A stretch of DNA of 64,000 bases. Source: the human T2T-CHM13v2.0 reference genome, Homo sapiens. A model generated the notes under the pieces. It was not told the DNA's origin. It saw nothing but the letters and a program-made list of their open reading frames with translations, and ran no database searches. Both the position numbers and the translations under genes were made by a program. Shown here in pieces: positions 39,701-53,435 of this stretch. The stretch lies in the NCBI RefSeq assembly GCF_009914755.1, contig NC_060935.1; one strand, written 5' to 3'. Position 1 is the first letter of the stretch, and every line of letters starts with the position of its first letter.

Positions 39701-41855
39701 AGGCAGAACATCATCTGCAGGAAATGGGGAACACCTGGACACCATGGTGGGAAAGCATAGAACGTTTTTGCAGAACAGAGAGAAAAACAATCAGGTCATC
39801 AGCATTGAAGGCAGATGCTTGGAGTTGGTTCTCAGATCCAGGCAGCAGGTTTGCATGGCTGGGTCTTACAGCCAGGCCCCAACCCAGTCTTATTGTCCGT
39901 GGGTATAGTGGTCACTAGGTTTGGCACTGAAATCTTAGGCTCTGGGACAGAGTGTGGCTATGTGTCCAATGGGTCTCTTGACTTATCTCTTGCACCCTCA
40001 GTTGATCCCCAGAACACCAGTCACCATCTAGAAAAGGACAAATCATCACACTTTCATTCAATCAATAAGGATATTAACTTATGTCACATGGCAGAAAAAG
40101 TCTTAGAATTCAAGCCTGACTCTGTCCTGTATTTAGCTTTTTGACCTTTTATAAACCACTTAAGTCTCAGTTTCTTCAGTTGTAAAGTGGAGACAACATT
40201 AGTTACTTCCCGGGACTGTTGGAAGAACTCAATGACTAATGTATAAAAAGCTATATTTTAATTTCCATTCTCTCTACCTCCACCCTTCTGTGACCATTGT
40301 TTATCACCTATAAGTAGATTTTGAAGCTTTGGATATCCTGTAATTGTCAGTAAAAGCAGCAATGCCAGAGAAGGTGAAGCATCCAAGCGGGTTTCCTCTG
40401 AATTAAACCTGGCCAGCAAAATAAGCTCCTCCATCTGATATCCTTCCTGCCAGGTCAGATATCCAAAAGCAATGTGCTTATTCTCCAAGGCAACAGCAGA
40501 TGCTTATATCAACAGAAAGGAGAGGGTCAGACAGTTTAAAATAGAAAACAAGGTCAAAGAGCTCAATTTGACCAGTGAATACTGATCTCTCACAAACATT
40601 TTTAAAACCCCAAGTGTAGAATTGGCTCAATTTCATAAACTGCTCTAGATGCAGTTTCTCCTGTCTAAGTAGCTAGGCTGAGTGTTCCCAAGAACATACA
40701 GAATGATTGAATCTATGATCTTCATAGAGCACATATTAAATGTACTTAGACGGAATATTTTCTGTTAGCCTTGCTGCACAAAATGTTTCATTCTGACTTC
40801 AGCTCAGTGGGTTGCTAAGGTGAAAGTGTTCATGATTAATTCTGTTCATAACCACACTGAGAAAAAAAGGGTGGGGGTGGGGGGAACCCTGGTGTATATC
40901 GGCATTTTAAATGCCATGCTTTGATTCAATTTAATTATTTCCTCCCCATGGCTTTAAATTGAAGGGCTTGAAAATCAGGAGTGGCTTCTCATGAACTGAA
41001 TTACTTTCCCCTAGTAAAAAAAAAAAAAAAAAAAAAAAAAGATTGAATTCAGAAACAAAGGTCTCCGAAGTGGAGGCACTTTGAGGAGAGAGAGAGAGCA
41101 AAGGGCACCAAAACGGGAATCCACAGCCCTGGGTTCTAGGCCCTGGTCCCATGACCACCAATTTGCTAGGCCAATCTTCCTCAATATCTTGGTCTCTTCA
41201 TTATTAAAAATGAGACAGATAATCTCCAAGAACATTTCCAGTCCTCAAAATTATGTCGTACAATCGTGGCAATGATATTCAGAGATTGTCACTTTCACCC
41301 AATACCATAAATCTTTCTGGGTCCAAGAGTGTTAGAACTAGCAGCTGATTTGTGCATTCACAACTTATTGATGAAGACTACAGGGAATTAACCTCCCTAA
41401 GCTTTGCTTTCCTCACCTGTACAATAGGAGTAATTGTATACTCCCCCAGCTGCCTCTCAGAAGTGTTGTGAAGATCAAAAATCAAAATAAAGTCATGTAT
41501 GTAAGACAGGCTCAGGAGCACTGTAAAGAGATTAGGGTGTCGAGATTCTGGATAGGAGTGTGAAGCGGGCGCTGGATGGAGGTAGAGAGGGTCATTGGTG
41601 GCTTCCCAAGGATGTGGAGCAAAATGGCAATGCTGATCTCTCCTTGGGGGCTGCAAAGGCTCAGTGGAAGACAGTCCATGAGAATGACCCATTGTTCCCA
41701 GCATAGTCCACTGTGGGCACCTGGGCAGGGCCCAGAGCAGAGCAGATTCTGCCCCACATTGCTGTGCACAGTGAAGGTGACCCCAAGGAGGCTGCATTGC
41801 CAGTTGGCCCTTGCCACCATGACAGCCACACAGAAGATTCAAAACAGCTTCTACT

Positions 41856-42575
41856 GAATTGATATTGTTAAAATGTCCATGCTATCCAAAGTGATCTATA
41901 GATTCGATGCAATCCCTATCAGAATTCCAATGTTCCAATGTTATACTTTACAGAAACAGAAAAGAACAATCCTAACATTAATAATGGAACCACAAAAGAC
42001 CTCAAATAGCCAAGGGAATTTTGACCAAAAAAAACCCACAAAACTTAAGGCATTGCACTACTGGATTTTGAAATATATTACAAGCTATATTACAAAATAT
42101 ATGTTATGCCATATATTTTGGCATAAAAATGGACAAATCAACAAATCCTATCCAATGGAATAGGATAGAGAGCCCAGCAATAAACCCACACCCCTACAGT
42201 CAATTGATTTTTAACAAAAGTTCCAAGAACACAATAATGGGGACAAGGACTGTCTCTTCAGTAAATGTTGGAAAAACTGGATCTTCACATAAAGAAGAAC
42301 TAAAACGGACCTTTATCTCAACCCTTGTATGTGAGCCAACCCAAAATAGATTACAGACTTAAACGTAAGATCTGAAACTATCTACTATAAGAAAACAGTC
42401 AAAAAGCTCTATGACATTGGCTGGACACTGATTTCTTGGCTACGACCCCAAAGGCATAGGTAACAAAAGCAAAAATAGATGAAAAGTATTGCACCAAGCT
42501 AAAAAGCTTCTATACAGCAAAAGAAACAATTAATAGACAACCTACAGATTTGAAGACATTATTTGCAAATGTATT
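41856..42575 (+). mobile_element. Old L1 (L1M-type) ORF2 fragment downstream of the RT domain, decayed
   Basis: IVKMSMLSKVIYRFDAIPIRIP and QWNRIESPAINPHPYSQLIFNK match L1 ORF2p; frameshifted. Confidence 0.92.
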
Positions 42576-42893
42576 AATATGCATGAACCAACCTGAGATT
42601 CTGAATTCAATATGTTGACTCAATAGATTTTACCTGTTTGCTTGATTGCATAAAATCTAGACACAACAGTGGGCTATGCTAAATGAAAATAAGTTGCCAG
42701 AAGTCCCTGCGATAATGGCAAAAGAATTTAAAGACCTGGGAAGACAGCAATGTTACAACGGATTCATCCAGTAAGACTCACAAAACCACACCCTAACTGT
42801 GTGTCCCTGGGGAGGGGGAAGTGTCCAGAAGACACTCCGTTTACCAAGCCATTATGAAATACACTGGTTTGGGAATCACTTGTCACTTGCATC

Positions 42894-43188
42894 TTTTTTT
42901 TTTTTTTTTTTAGGCGGAGTCTCGCTTTGTCCCCCAGGCTGGAGTGCAGTGGTGCTCACTGCAAGTTCCGCCTCCCGGGTTCACGCCATTCTCCTGCCTC
43001 AACCTTCAGGAGTAGCTGGGACTACAGGCGCCGGCCACTATGCCCGGCTCATTTTTGTGTGTGTGTTTTTAGTAGAGACGGGGTTTCACTGTGTTAGCCA
43101 GGATGGTCTCGATCTCCTAAACTCGTGATCCGCCCACCTCAGCCTCCCAAAGTGCTAAGATTACAGGCGTGAGCCACCGCGCCCGGCC
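42894..43188 (-). mobile_element. AluY
   Basis: AluY diagnostics gggttcacgccattctcc and gtgttagccaggatggtctcgatctcct; many CpGs retained; TSD acttgcatctttt at 42885-42897 and 43189-43201. Confidence 0.96.
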
Positions 43189-43744
43189 ACTTGCATCTTT
43201 TAAAAGCTCTGTAGTGACCATTCTCTGTAGGCTAGGGATGCTGGCTTCTATTTTCCTTATAATAGTTAGTGAAATTATAAACTAAAACTTAAGGAAATAA
43301 ATAGATAACAGTTCAGTGAGATTAGAGATTGATTTGATATAGTTGCTGTCGGGAAAGAAAAAGAGGACTAATTAGAAAGATGCACAAGTATTACTCAGCA
43401 ACATCAGGTGGCTGGCTGCTGAAAAATATGAAGTGTTGGTGGAAGCAATCTACAGTGTGTGTGTATTTTCCTGGAAGCAATCAGCAACGTAGTTAGAAGA
43501 GCTGAAATGAGAGTGGTTAGATTGATCTATAGCTGGTACTTTTCAGGGATATGGGAGTTGATGGCATTGAAAGAGGGTAGTTCAGGTGCTTCGTCACGAG
43601 GAATAGGCTGGAATAGGAGGACAGGAACCAGGAGAGAGCAGATGAAAGGAAGGAAAAGGATAAAAGGATCAGATATCTCAATAAGGCTGAAAATTGAAGA
43701 TTAGGTGGGTTAATAGAGTGGAAGAGACGGGCTAGATATTCACT

Positions 43745-44133
43745 AAACCCTGTTTATTCTTTTTCCTGTCTGTTATGAACATGTGTCTCAGTTCTGGCTG
43801 GTGGACTATAGATGGAAGTGTTGTGTGCCAATTCTAGGCTTGACCCATGAAAATTTCCATATGCAATTCTCTATCCCCTTTCCCTTCTTTGGCCCTTGGA
43901 AGCCACATGTCGAAGATGGTAGAGTCGCAAGACAGAAGGAACATGCATCTTGGAACTGCTGCTTAGATGAGAGCTGCCCACTAATCAGGAGCACCCAGTT
44001 TAAATTTTAAGAGGTTGAGAAATACGTTTATATTGTGAGAAATATAAAATTTATATTGTGAGAAGTAAATTCATATTGCACTGGGATTTTGTGTTTTGTC
44101 TGTTGCAGCAGCTAGTGTTCCTAAACTAACATA
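43745..44133 (+). mobile_element. MLT1 (F/G/H-like) MaLR LTR nested in L2
   Basis: ggaagccacatgtcgaagatggtagagtcgcaagacagaagga...gtctgttgcagcagctagtgttcctaaactaacata. Confidence 0.7.
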
Positions 44134-44302
44134 GCTGTTTAAACAAAAAGGAAGGGAAATGGTGATTCTTAAGTGGGATATTCCAGAGGTGATGCCATTT
44201 CTAACAAGGTCCAGGGAGTTGCTGTGTAGCTGAAGTGTAGAAGAGGCAAATGTTACTAGAAAGGAAAAGATCAAGAACCTGGGAAGTTAGGGTGTTGGGT
44301 GT

Positions 44303-45078
44303 TATCATATACATATCATATACATTATATCATATACATATGTATATAATGATATGTGTATGATATAATGATATGTATATGATATGTTATGTATATGATA
44401 TGATGTTATCATATACATATGATATGTACACATATGATATAATATGTATATGATGTTATCATATACATATTATGTACATATAATGATATGTATATGATAT
44501 GATATCATGTACATATAATGATATGTATATGTATATGTATATCTGTATCTGTATCTGTATATGTATATCTATATCTGTATCTGTATATATGTATATGTAT
44601 GTTTATATGTATATGTATGTATATGTATTTGTATATGTATGTATATGTATTTGTATATGTATGTATATGTATATGTATGTGTATATGTGTATGTATATGT
44701 ATGTATATGTATATATGTATATGTATGTGTATATATGTATACGTATGTATATGTGTATGTATACGTATGTATATGTGTATGTATATGTATACATATGTAT
44801 ACGTATACATATGCATATGTATACGTATACATATGCATATGTATACGTATACATATGTATATGTATATGTATGTATACGTATACATATGTATATGTATAC
44901 GTATACATATGTATATGTATACGTATACATATCATATCATATAACAATATGTATATGATATGATATGTATATAACATACATATAACGATATGTATGTTAT
45001 ATACATATAATGCTATGTATATTATATACGTATAACGATATGTATATGATATGTATCATATACATATCATATACATTA
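44303..45078. repeat. ~775-bp complex TA-rich satellite: (ATATGT)n core with ATATGAT-type flanks
   Basis: Read directly; it is the source of six Y/I/C/M/H/T-rich pseudo-ORFs. Confidence 0.97.
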
Positions 45079-46179
45079 GTGTCATCCAAGGTGATGACAG
45101 GAGCTATGGACAAGAGTAGGCTATGAATCAGAATAATCTGATGCCAGCTAGTATTTATTGGCTTGTTACTGTGCCATATGCTATGCTGAACATTTTACTT
45201 GCAGGATCTCCTTTAATCTTTATGACTACCAAACATAATAGCTATTATGATCAACTTATTTCATGAACAAGGAACTTGAGCCTCAGAGATGTTGAATGAC
45301 TTGTGCAAGTTTCCCCAAGTTAACTTGAACTCAGTTTATTTGACTTCAAAGTCCATACTCTTAAGTACTGCATAAAAGTTAATCTGAATGACATATCTTT
45401 AAGCAGAAAACAATGTATCTATGTTATAGATTAAGATGTCCCCAAATATAAGAGCAAAATCTCTGGGTCAAATAATAATGTCAAGAATCCTAAACACTGT
45501 ACATAGATTAATCTCTACATTATAACTACGTTGGTGCAGACCCCAGAGTCTAGGCCATAGGAGTCTTGGATAGTTACCTCTATGTTATTGTGAATATTTT
45601 TTAGTATTTTACTAAAGATTCTTCATTGAATTTCTTGGAATGACCACATCATCCAGTCATTTGAGCCTTACAACACTCAAGAATAAAAGGAATAAGAAGA
45701 GTCAGATGAAATGACTCACACCAGACCCAGATCAACAAAGTCAGGTCTCCTGATCCTCTGTACTTTTTCTCTGTGTGAGTTGGATCTGATGTTTACATTT
45801 ATAAAAGCCATAGAAGCATTTCTTAAATACATATTCAGAAAACTAATATGTATACTGGATGAAAACAAGTTTGTTATTATCCTCTATACTTGCCTGTATG
45901 CCAATAATATTTCATAATAGTAAAAGCTGTTCTGCTTGGATGAACAAGATGAGGGGGAAGCACCGTACTCCTACCTTCCTTCTTCAGCAGGTCCAGAGCC
46001 ACCCCATCCACCCAGCCCCTATGTCTATGATGCTCTATGGAGCACAGTCTGGCAACATGTGTAGCTTTTACTATTCTGGCAACCAATGCAAAAAGGGACT
46101 CATCACTGTTTACAAGAGTAAAACCAATCCACTGATGGAGAGAAGGACAATAGAAGCCTATTCTGAACACTAGTCCTTT

Positions 46180-46503
46180 AGAAATATATACTTTTCCTAA
46201 AAATATAAATAAGTAAATATATACATATAATGTACATATAGAAATATTTATTTCAGTTCCCAGAAATTATAAGGTACATATTCCAGAGAAATTATTTCAT
46301 GTGCATTACAAGAATGTTAAGAGCATCATTGTTTCCAATAACACCTAAAAAGAAATTACTCAAATATCTACCAAATGTACAATGGATGGATAAATTAGGA
46401 TACTTTGGTACACTGGAATAATATAAGCAATGAAAAGGAACAAACTACAGCTAAATTCAGGAATGCTAAATGGATCTTAATACTGAACAAAATAAACAGA
46501 TAA

Positions 46504-46553
<50 letters not shown>

Positions 46554-46815
46554 TCCACATGTATATTATATATACACACACACAATACAAATAGTTTAAA
46601 AACTATATTGCTGAGGAAAACATGATGAAAATCAAGGAAGTCATCGCAATATGAATTAAGGTAAGGCTAAATTTCAGGTGGCAGAAAGAAGATTGAGAAG
46701 GGAGGAGGGAAGGGGCTGCTTGACATAGGAGGGCCTTCACAAGGCTGCTCATTTGTCAAACTGTTCTGTTTTATGCACTTTGCAATAAATTATACTCTCC
46801 AATTAAACATTTTTT
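46180..46815 (+). mobile_element. Old L1ME-like 3' end containing (TA)n at 46505-46548
   Basis: aatggatggataaattagg...ggaataatataagcaatgaaaaggaacaaactacagcta. Confidence 0.7.
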
Positions 46816-49800
46816 CAATGACACACACGCTTGTCTATTCCTAAGGAGAGAAATCTTTGGTGGATTTCCCTACAGAAGACACTGTGCACTATAATATCAA
46901 ATACTGATCAATATCAACTTTATATTAAGCCTATCATGTTCTTCCCTCAAAGATATTTCTTGCAATGGTCCTGCTGGCATTGTGCCGGAGCACATTCTTT
47001 TGGCTGTTTGGTTTAGGTTAAGATTAGATTTCACAGAATCTAGAGGAAGAGAGTTGCCGACTATTTCCCCAGAGGAATTCTATCTCTTACCTGAGCTTTT
47101 GAAAGGTTTCCTGACAGTGAGTTCAAGATTAGCTCTCTTACATGCCCCTGGGGTGGCCCTGTTCTCAGTTGCCAGGGATGAGAGAGGATCATCCCTTTTC
47201 TGTAAAAATTGAGGCATCATAAAAGAATGTGGGCCTGAATAGAAGGTCATTTCCAATTTTGAATAAGGAGAGCTGAGAAAGTGCCTGTAAACGGGGCCAA
47301 GGTTTTACTCAGAAGGTAATTTTAAGTCTGCTACAATTCAAGGAAAAATGGAAAATTGAGACTCAACAATTCTTTGCCATAAAGCATGGCTATATAATTT
47401 GAACCTAGATGAAAGCATCCACAGAAGATTTACATTTGGTAAATTTAGCTTCCTGGAATAGTCTTCAAGATGAAGTAGATGTGAAACACCCATCTGCAAA
47501 GAGCAGTGCCACTAGCAATTCTGTGAGGCGTCTTCCTAAAGTGCTATCTTTGATTTTAGCATAGTTGATCCAAAGCCTCTCTGAATGGTGATAATTAAAT
47601 GTTAAGTCCAATTATCTATTTAAAACAATGCTATCTCATGATGATAAAACCATCTCACCTGCAACTAAGAGAATCTAATTTCTATTTCTTTTTGCAGATA
47701 TATGTGTATCCCGCTCATCAAGAAGACTATTGAGTTACTTAAGGGACAAAGTAAAAATAAGGGAGAACCAGACTATATCCCAAATGAAGTTTCCTGCCCT
47801 CTATCCATCTCAAGGGTGGAGATTGGTATAACTTCATTATGTGTATTCATGATCTGGAGTATTCATGGCCAACAGTGTATAGTGAATACATGTAGCTTAG
47901 TCCATAACTGGGTCCTAGCTGCAGAGTCAAAGACCCTTGAAACATCTTTCCACACAGAGCACACACTACATAGCATATCAGGCTTTTGCAGTGGTAACCA
48001 TGCCTAGAGTCATCTTCCTAAAGAGCACAGCCCTAGTCCTTCTAAAGTTCTATGATATCTGCTTCATCAAAGTCCACCAGAAAGTTTCCCTGAATCCCTT
48101 GCTTGCTTTTACTTCTGAATACTCTTCTATTCTGGCCACTCTACTATTTTATCTGGAGCCAATTCTGCACGTGCCAAACATTGGGAAAGGTCAGGAAGCC
48201 ACAAGTGGGCAGAAGCCCTCCTGGTTTAAGTATTCACCCAGATTATTTTTCCTGCTTTTTGATTTAACTGTAGTGCCCAGGTCTCATTTTTTGGATGTTG
48301 ATTTTTCGGCCTCTGCTCTAGTTCCTGGCATCTACCTCTGGCCCTCCTTGTCATTGCCAATCTAGATTCTTCTCTGGCTTACCAACATATGTCTCTCACC
48401 CAACTAATATTTGCACTTCCCCAGTCTTAACACTTTATCTATGCTCCTGTGGCCAGCACGGGACCTGTGGTTACCCACATTGCCGGGTCACTCCTGCCTC
48501 ATCCCTTCAGGGCAGCATAATCACACTGAGACATCTAGGGTAGCTCTGGCCTCTGTGTTGCAAATATTTGGTCTCTACAGCTTTAGTAGACCATGAGCTT
48601 CCAAGGGCAGGCATTATCATATATATCTTTGCATCCTCTAGCACAATACGTGGCACACAGTATTAAGCTCATTGTGTGAACAGTCCTAGTCAATAAGAGG
48701 GGATGAAGAAGTTTATATATATATACTTTATTAACATGCTAGAAGTCCACTTATCAGCTGGCAGAGAAGGTCATTCAGGTTGCTGTTTTATTCATGTGTA
48801 AATATTAAGTTATTATATGCAAAGCACTCAAGTACAATACAGGAAAATGCATGTATTTGTCTGCTTTTTACTCATTTTCTATTGATTCCTGTCCTAATTG
48901 GGCTAAAAAAGGAAAAAAAGACTAGGAGCCCTGTGTGTATTTGTGTGCATGGGGTGGGAGGGGTCTGTGCACTAGGAGCATGCTCTCCCAGTCTACCTTT
49001 CCTCTTTGATGTCCCCACACCTCTGCCCCCAGACTCCCTTCATCAGCCCCCAAGCAGCTTGTCTTCACACCAGAGGAGCCTCAAGCTTTAGATTGGAGGT
49101 TGGAAAAGATTACCTTTAAGGATACTCCTAAATCAGCAGATTTTGTAATTTAAATAATGAGTACTTTTTCATCTAATTTTTTAAAGAAGCATAAAATTGT
49201 TGCCCTTTTTTCCAGTAGGCATCAATAATGAAGGCTTTTGGTGCTTGCAGTGCTTCCCTTAGAAGTTATCTTATGCTCAAAAAACTACTGTATTTTAAAA
49301 AGCTACCAAAGCCAAGCTTATACTGCAAGAATGCCATTGAAACAACAAAGTTAGTGTTTAGAGTGTGCGTGCAGTGATTTAACTCTTTAATCATTAAAAG
49401 TTACTTACTAGACATTAGTCTTCTATCTAGATCATGAGTGTGTTGGTAAGAGCAGGGTAAGAACGAATTTCAAATTCTCCATCTTGTTCACTTTTTAAAT
49501 TTTCTGCAGTCAATGCCATACTTGGCATAGAGTTGGCCTCAGGCAAACCTTTTTTGTGTGACGGTATGGGCTTTAATATCAGGGATACTATCCCTAATTA
49601 GTCAGCTAAGGAATAACTCCTGCTTAGATGGATTAATGTATTAATGGTGTATAGGTGAGCAGAAACTTTGGAAGGGAATTCCAGCCAACAAGATAATTAT
49701 CATACATGGATAGCAGCTCATGGATAAGCCACATGGATGAGACTGTCCTTAGGAGAAACATAACTTCTGAAGCCAAACCAGGGACATGTGTTAATAAAAA

Positions 49801-49912
49801 CATTTCAAGTTGCTTTCATATACAAGATGAAACTCGCACAAGAACTCTCTCCTCTTCCCACTACCGCACGTGGAAATCTACCTCTCCTTCAACCGATTCC
49901 TCCTTCACCCTG

Positions 49913-50293
49913 TGTGTTAGTCCATTTTCACACTGCTGTAAAGATACTACCCGAGACTGGGTAATTTATAAACAAAAGAGGTTTAATTGGCTCACAGTTC
50001 TGCATGGCTGTGGAGGCCTCAGGAAACTTACAGTCATGGCAGATGGTTAAGGAGAAGAAAGTACCTTCTTCACAAGGCAGCAGGAAAGGCAGAGAGCCTG
50101 TGAAGAAGGAACTGTCAAACACTTATAAAACCATCAGATCTCCTGAGAACTCACTATAAGGAGAACAGCAAGGGGGAAACTGCCCCCGTGATTCAATCAC
50201 CTCCCACCAGGTCCCTTCCTCAACACATGGGGATGATAGGGATTACAATTCGAGACAAGATTTGGGGGAGGGGCACAGAGCCAAACCATATCA
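49913..50293 (-). mobile_element. THE1 (THE1C/D-like) solo LTR
   Basis: tgtgttagtccattttcacactgct...cagagccaaaccatatca; perfect TSD ccctg at 49908-49912 and 50294-50298. Confidence 0.95.
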
Positions 50294-50298
50294 CCCTG

Positions 50299-51720
50299 TT
50301 ACAGTAAAGGAGCCATTCCTTCTTCCTATCAAAACCTAGTCCCTTCACCTGAATTTAAGTTTATTTTTTTCCCTCCAGCTTCTCAGGAAATGTATGCTAT
50401 CATCTTGTATATTAAAGTGGTTGTTCACTTTTAACTCTCAAACAGACTCAGATAGTTCTCACTTACAAATATTAATACATAAATAAATAAAACTTTATCT
50501 ACCCCATGATCTCCTCAATTGACTTCTCTTTGCAGCCAAACTTCTAAAAAGAGGCCCAAATACTTGGTGTTCTCAATTCCACCCCAGCCCTCAGCCTGAT
50601 CTGGCTGCTTCTGACACCATACCAAGAGACAGATGCCAGTGAGTCATCATTGACCCTCTGTGATTAGCCGCAATGGATATTTTCAGTCCTTTCATGTTTT
50701 AACCCTTAGCATCACTCTAAGTTGCACTGGTGACAACTTTTTCCTTTTCCTCTTGACTTCTGTAACCCTGCATTCTCCTAATTTCTCACTGATCTCTCTG
50801 GCCATTGCTTCTTTAGTTCCTTTGCAAGTTTCTCCTCCTCCATCAGGCCATTAGGTATTAGAGTTCCCGATTCTTCCTTCTAGTGTCTCCTTGTTTTCTA
50901 CTCTGTATTATCTCTCTAGGCCAGTAGTACTCAAACATACCTGCACCTGGTGAATCATCTAGGACCCTTAAAAATATTAATTCCTATCCCCAGAGATTTT
51001 TTACTAATTGGTTTTGTGGGGAGCCTGATTGTTAGGATTTTTTTCTCAATAAAATTCTCTCTCTAAATTTTACTTTTTATGTGAAAAACTTATTATTTTT
51101 CAAATTGACAAAAAATTGTATATATTGTATATAAGATACTGTTTTGAATATGTATACATAATGGATTGGCTGTCATTGGGATTTCTAAAAGGCTCCCAGA
51201 ATATTCTAGAGTTCAGCCAAAGTTGAGAATCACATCCCTTAGTTAAGCCATTCTCACACATGGGTTTAATTACAAGCTTGATCCAGATGACTCAACAGTT
51301 TTTATCTCCATCACAGAAACTTCCTGTGAGCTCCTGACCCAAATAGTCCACTACTTACTTGGCATTTCCATTTGCGTGCATCAAAGGAACCTTTCTACCT
51401 TCCCAGACTCACCTCACAGCGCACTCTCCCCCTACTCTGGCCGTCCTTTACACTGATCTTTCTACACCTCAAATTCTCCCCTGCTCTGAAGCCATTGGAC
51501 CTGTAGTCCCCTCCACCTGGAATACTCATCCTCTTACCCTTTACTGAGATAACTCTTACTCTTCCTGTATTCTTAGTTCTCAGGCTATTGACACTTTCTC
51601 CATGAAGTCTTTCCTGGTTCCCTAGATGTCTTTCACAGCACCATGTACCATCCTTTCAAAGCACTAATCACAGTTATAATTTCATTTGCATGATGGCTCA
51701 TTTAATTCCATCTCTCTACC
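50299..51720 (+). mobile_element. L2 fragments hosting a MER5-like element (~50921-51238) that contains a short L1MA-like 3' end (~51040-51172)
   Basis: L2 motif ttctctttgcagccaaacttct; MER5-like termini cagtagtactcaaac / gttgagaatcac; inner piece flanked by ttaggattt / ttgggattt. Confidence 0.65.
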
Positions 51721-52219
51721 GGGCTGAAGATCCACATTTTCTTTTGTTTCCCACATTACCATATTTTGTGAGATCTAAGACGCTGACTATAAGGTGAATG
51801 AGTTTATATATTACTAAGGAAGAAAAAACACTGCAAAGTATAAGATGGACATCTATTTTAAGATAAATACAAATTTTTATCTTAAAATGTAAAGCAAAAG
51901 CAATATGTGTCAATGAAACAGTGTTACTGTGGCTTCACACAACACCTACTCCATTATGGGCACTTAAATATTTCATATTTCTTTAAAAAGCAAAATAACA
52001 ATTCTTGGGTTGATCTGCTAGTATGTTTTGAAATGTATGAAGCTAATGGGAGAGAATAGTTGAAAGTTAGAGAACCTAATTTTTGGATACAAAGATTTCT
52101 CAAAGGCAGCTTATAATCCAAGATGGCACTTTAACCAATTCCTTCCAGCTCATGTGTGTCAGATCTGAATCAACTCCCCAAAGGTCTGTGGAATCAACTA
52201 CTCCCTGACTTATTTCTTT

Positions 52220-52257
<38 letters not shown>

Positions 52258-52278
52258 CGTGTGTGTGTGTGTGTACAT
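52220..52278. repeat. (TG)n(CG)n(TG)n alternating purine-pyrimidine tract
   Basis: Read directly from the sequence. Confidence 0.95.
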
Positions 52279-52280
52279 TC

Positions 52281-53435
52281 TTTTTTAAAAAGACTTAATT
52301 TTTTTAGAGCAGTTTAAGGTTCATAGCAAAATTGAGAGGAAGGTACAGAGAGTTCTCCTATACCCCCTACTCACAAACATGCAAAGCCTCCCCCATTATC
52401 AACAGTGGTATATTTGTTACAATTGATGAGCCTACATTGACACTTATGATTACCCAAGTCCATAGTTTGTATTAGGATTCACTACCCAAGTCCATAGTTT
52501 ACATTAGGATTCATTCTTGGTGTTAAACACTCTATGGGCTTGGGCAAATGTGTAATGACATGTATCCACCATAATAATATCATTCAGAGTGTTTCCACTG
52601 GCTTAAAAATCATCTGTGCTTCACCTATTTATCCTCCCTCCCCTCTAACTCTTGGCAACTGCTAGCTTTTTTACTGTTTCTATAGTTTTGCCTTTCCAGA
52701 ATGTCATATAGTTGAAATCATACAATATGTAACCTTTCAGATTGGCTTATTTCACTTAGTAATATGCATTTAAATTTCCTCCATGGCTTTTCATGGCTTG
52801 ATAGCTCATTTCTTTTTAGCACTGAATAATATTCCATTGTGTGGATGCAACACAGTTTATCGATTCACCTACCGAGGGAAATCTTGGTCGATTTCAGGTT
52901 TGGGTAATTATGAATAAAGTTGCTATAAACATACATGTGAAGGTTTTTGTGTGGACATAAGTTTTCAAGTCATTTGGTTAAATACCAAGGAGCATGACTC
53001 CTGGATTTGTATGGTAAGAGTGTTATAATAGTTTTGTAAGACATTGCCCAACCATCTTCCACAGTGGCTGTACCATTTTGCATTCCCACTAGTAACGAAT
53101 GAGAGTTCCCATTGCTCCACATTTTTGCCAGCATTTGGTGTTGTCAGTGTTTTGGATTCAGGCCATTCTTATAGATGCATAGTGATATTTTATTAATTTG
53201 CAATTTCCTAATGACATAATGTTGTGCATCTTTTCATATGCTTATTTACCATCTATATCTCCTTTGATGAAGTGTCTGCTCAGATCTTTTGCCCATTTTT
53301 AAATTTTTTTTTTTTTTTTTTTTTTACTGTTGAGTTGTAAGAGTTCTTCGTACATTTTGGAGAACAGTATTTTATGAGATAGGTCTTTTGCAAATATTTT
53401 CTCCCAGTCTGTGGCTTGTCTTCTCATTCTTTAGA
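52281..53435 (-). mobile_element. L1MC1-like 3' region
   Basis: tttttagagcagtttaaggttcatagcaaaattgagagg...ttttgcaaatattttctcccagtctgtggcttgtctt. Confidence 0.88.

Noticed and set aside
40868-40884. G-rich run as a G-quadruplex
   Set aside because: Only three separate G-tracts, so not a canonical four-tract motif
44499-44977. Six overlapping ORFs of 105-154 aa rich in Y/I/C/M/H/T
   Set aside because: Translations of a stop-free (ATATGT)n microsatellite
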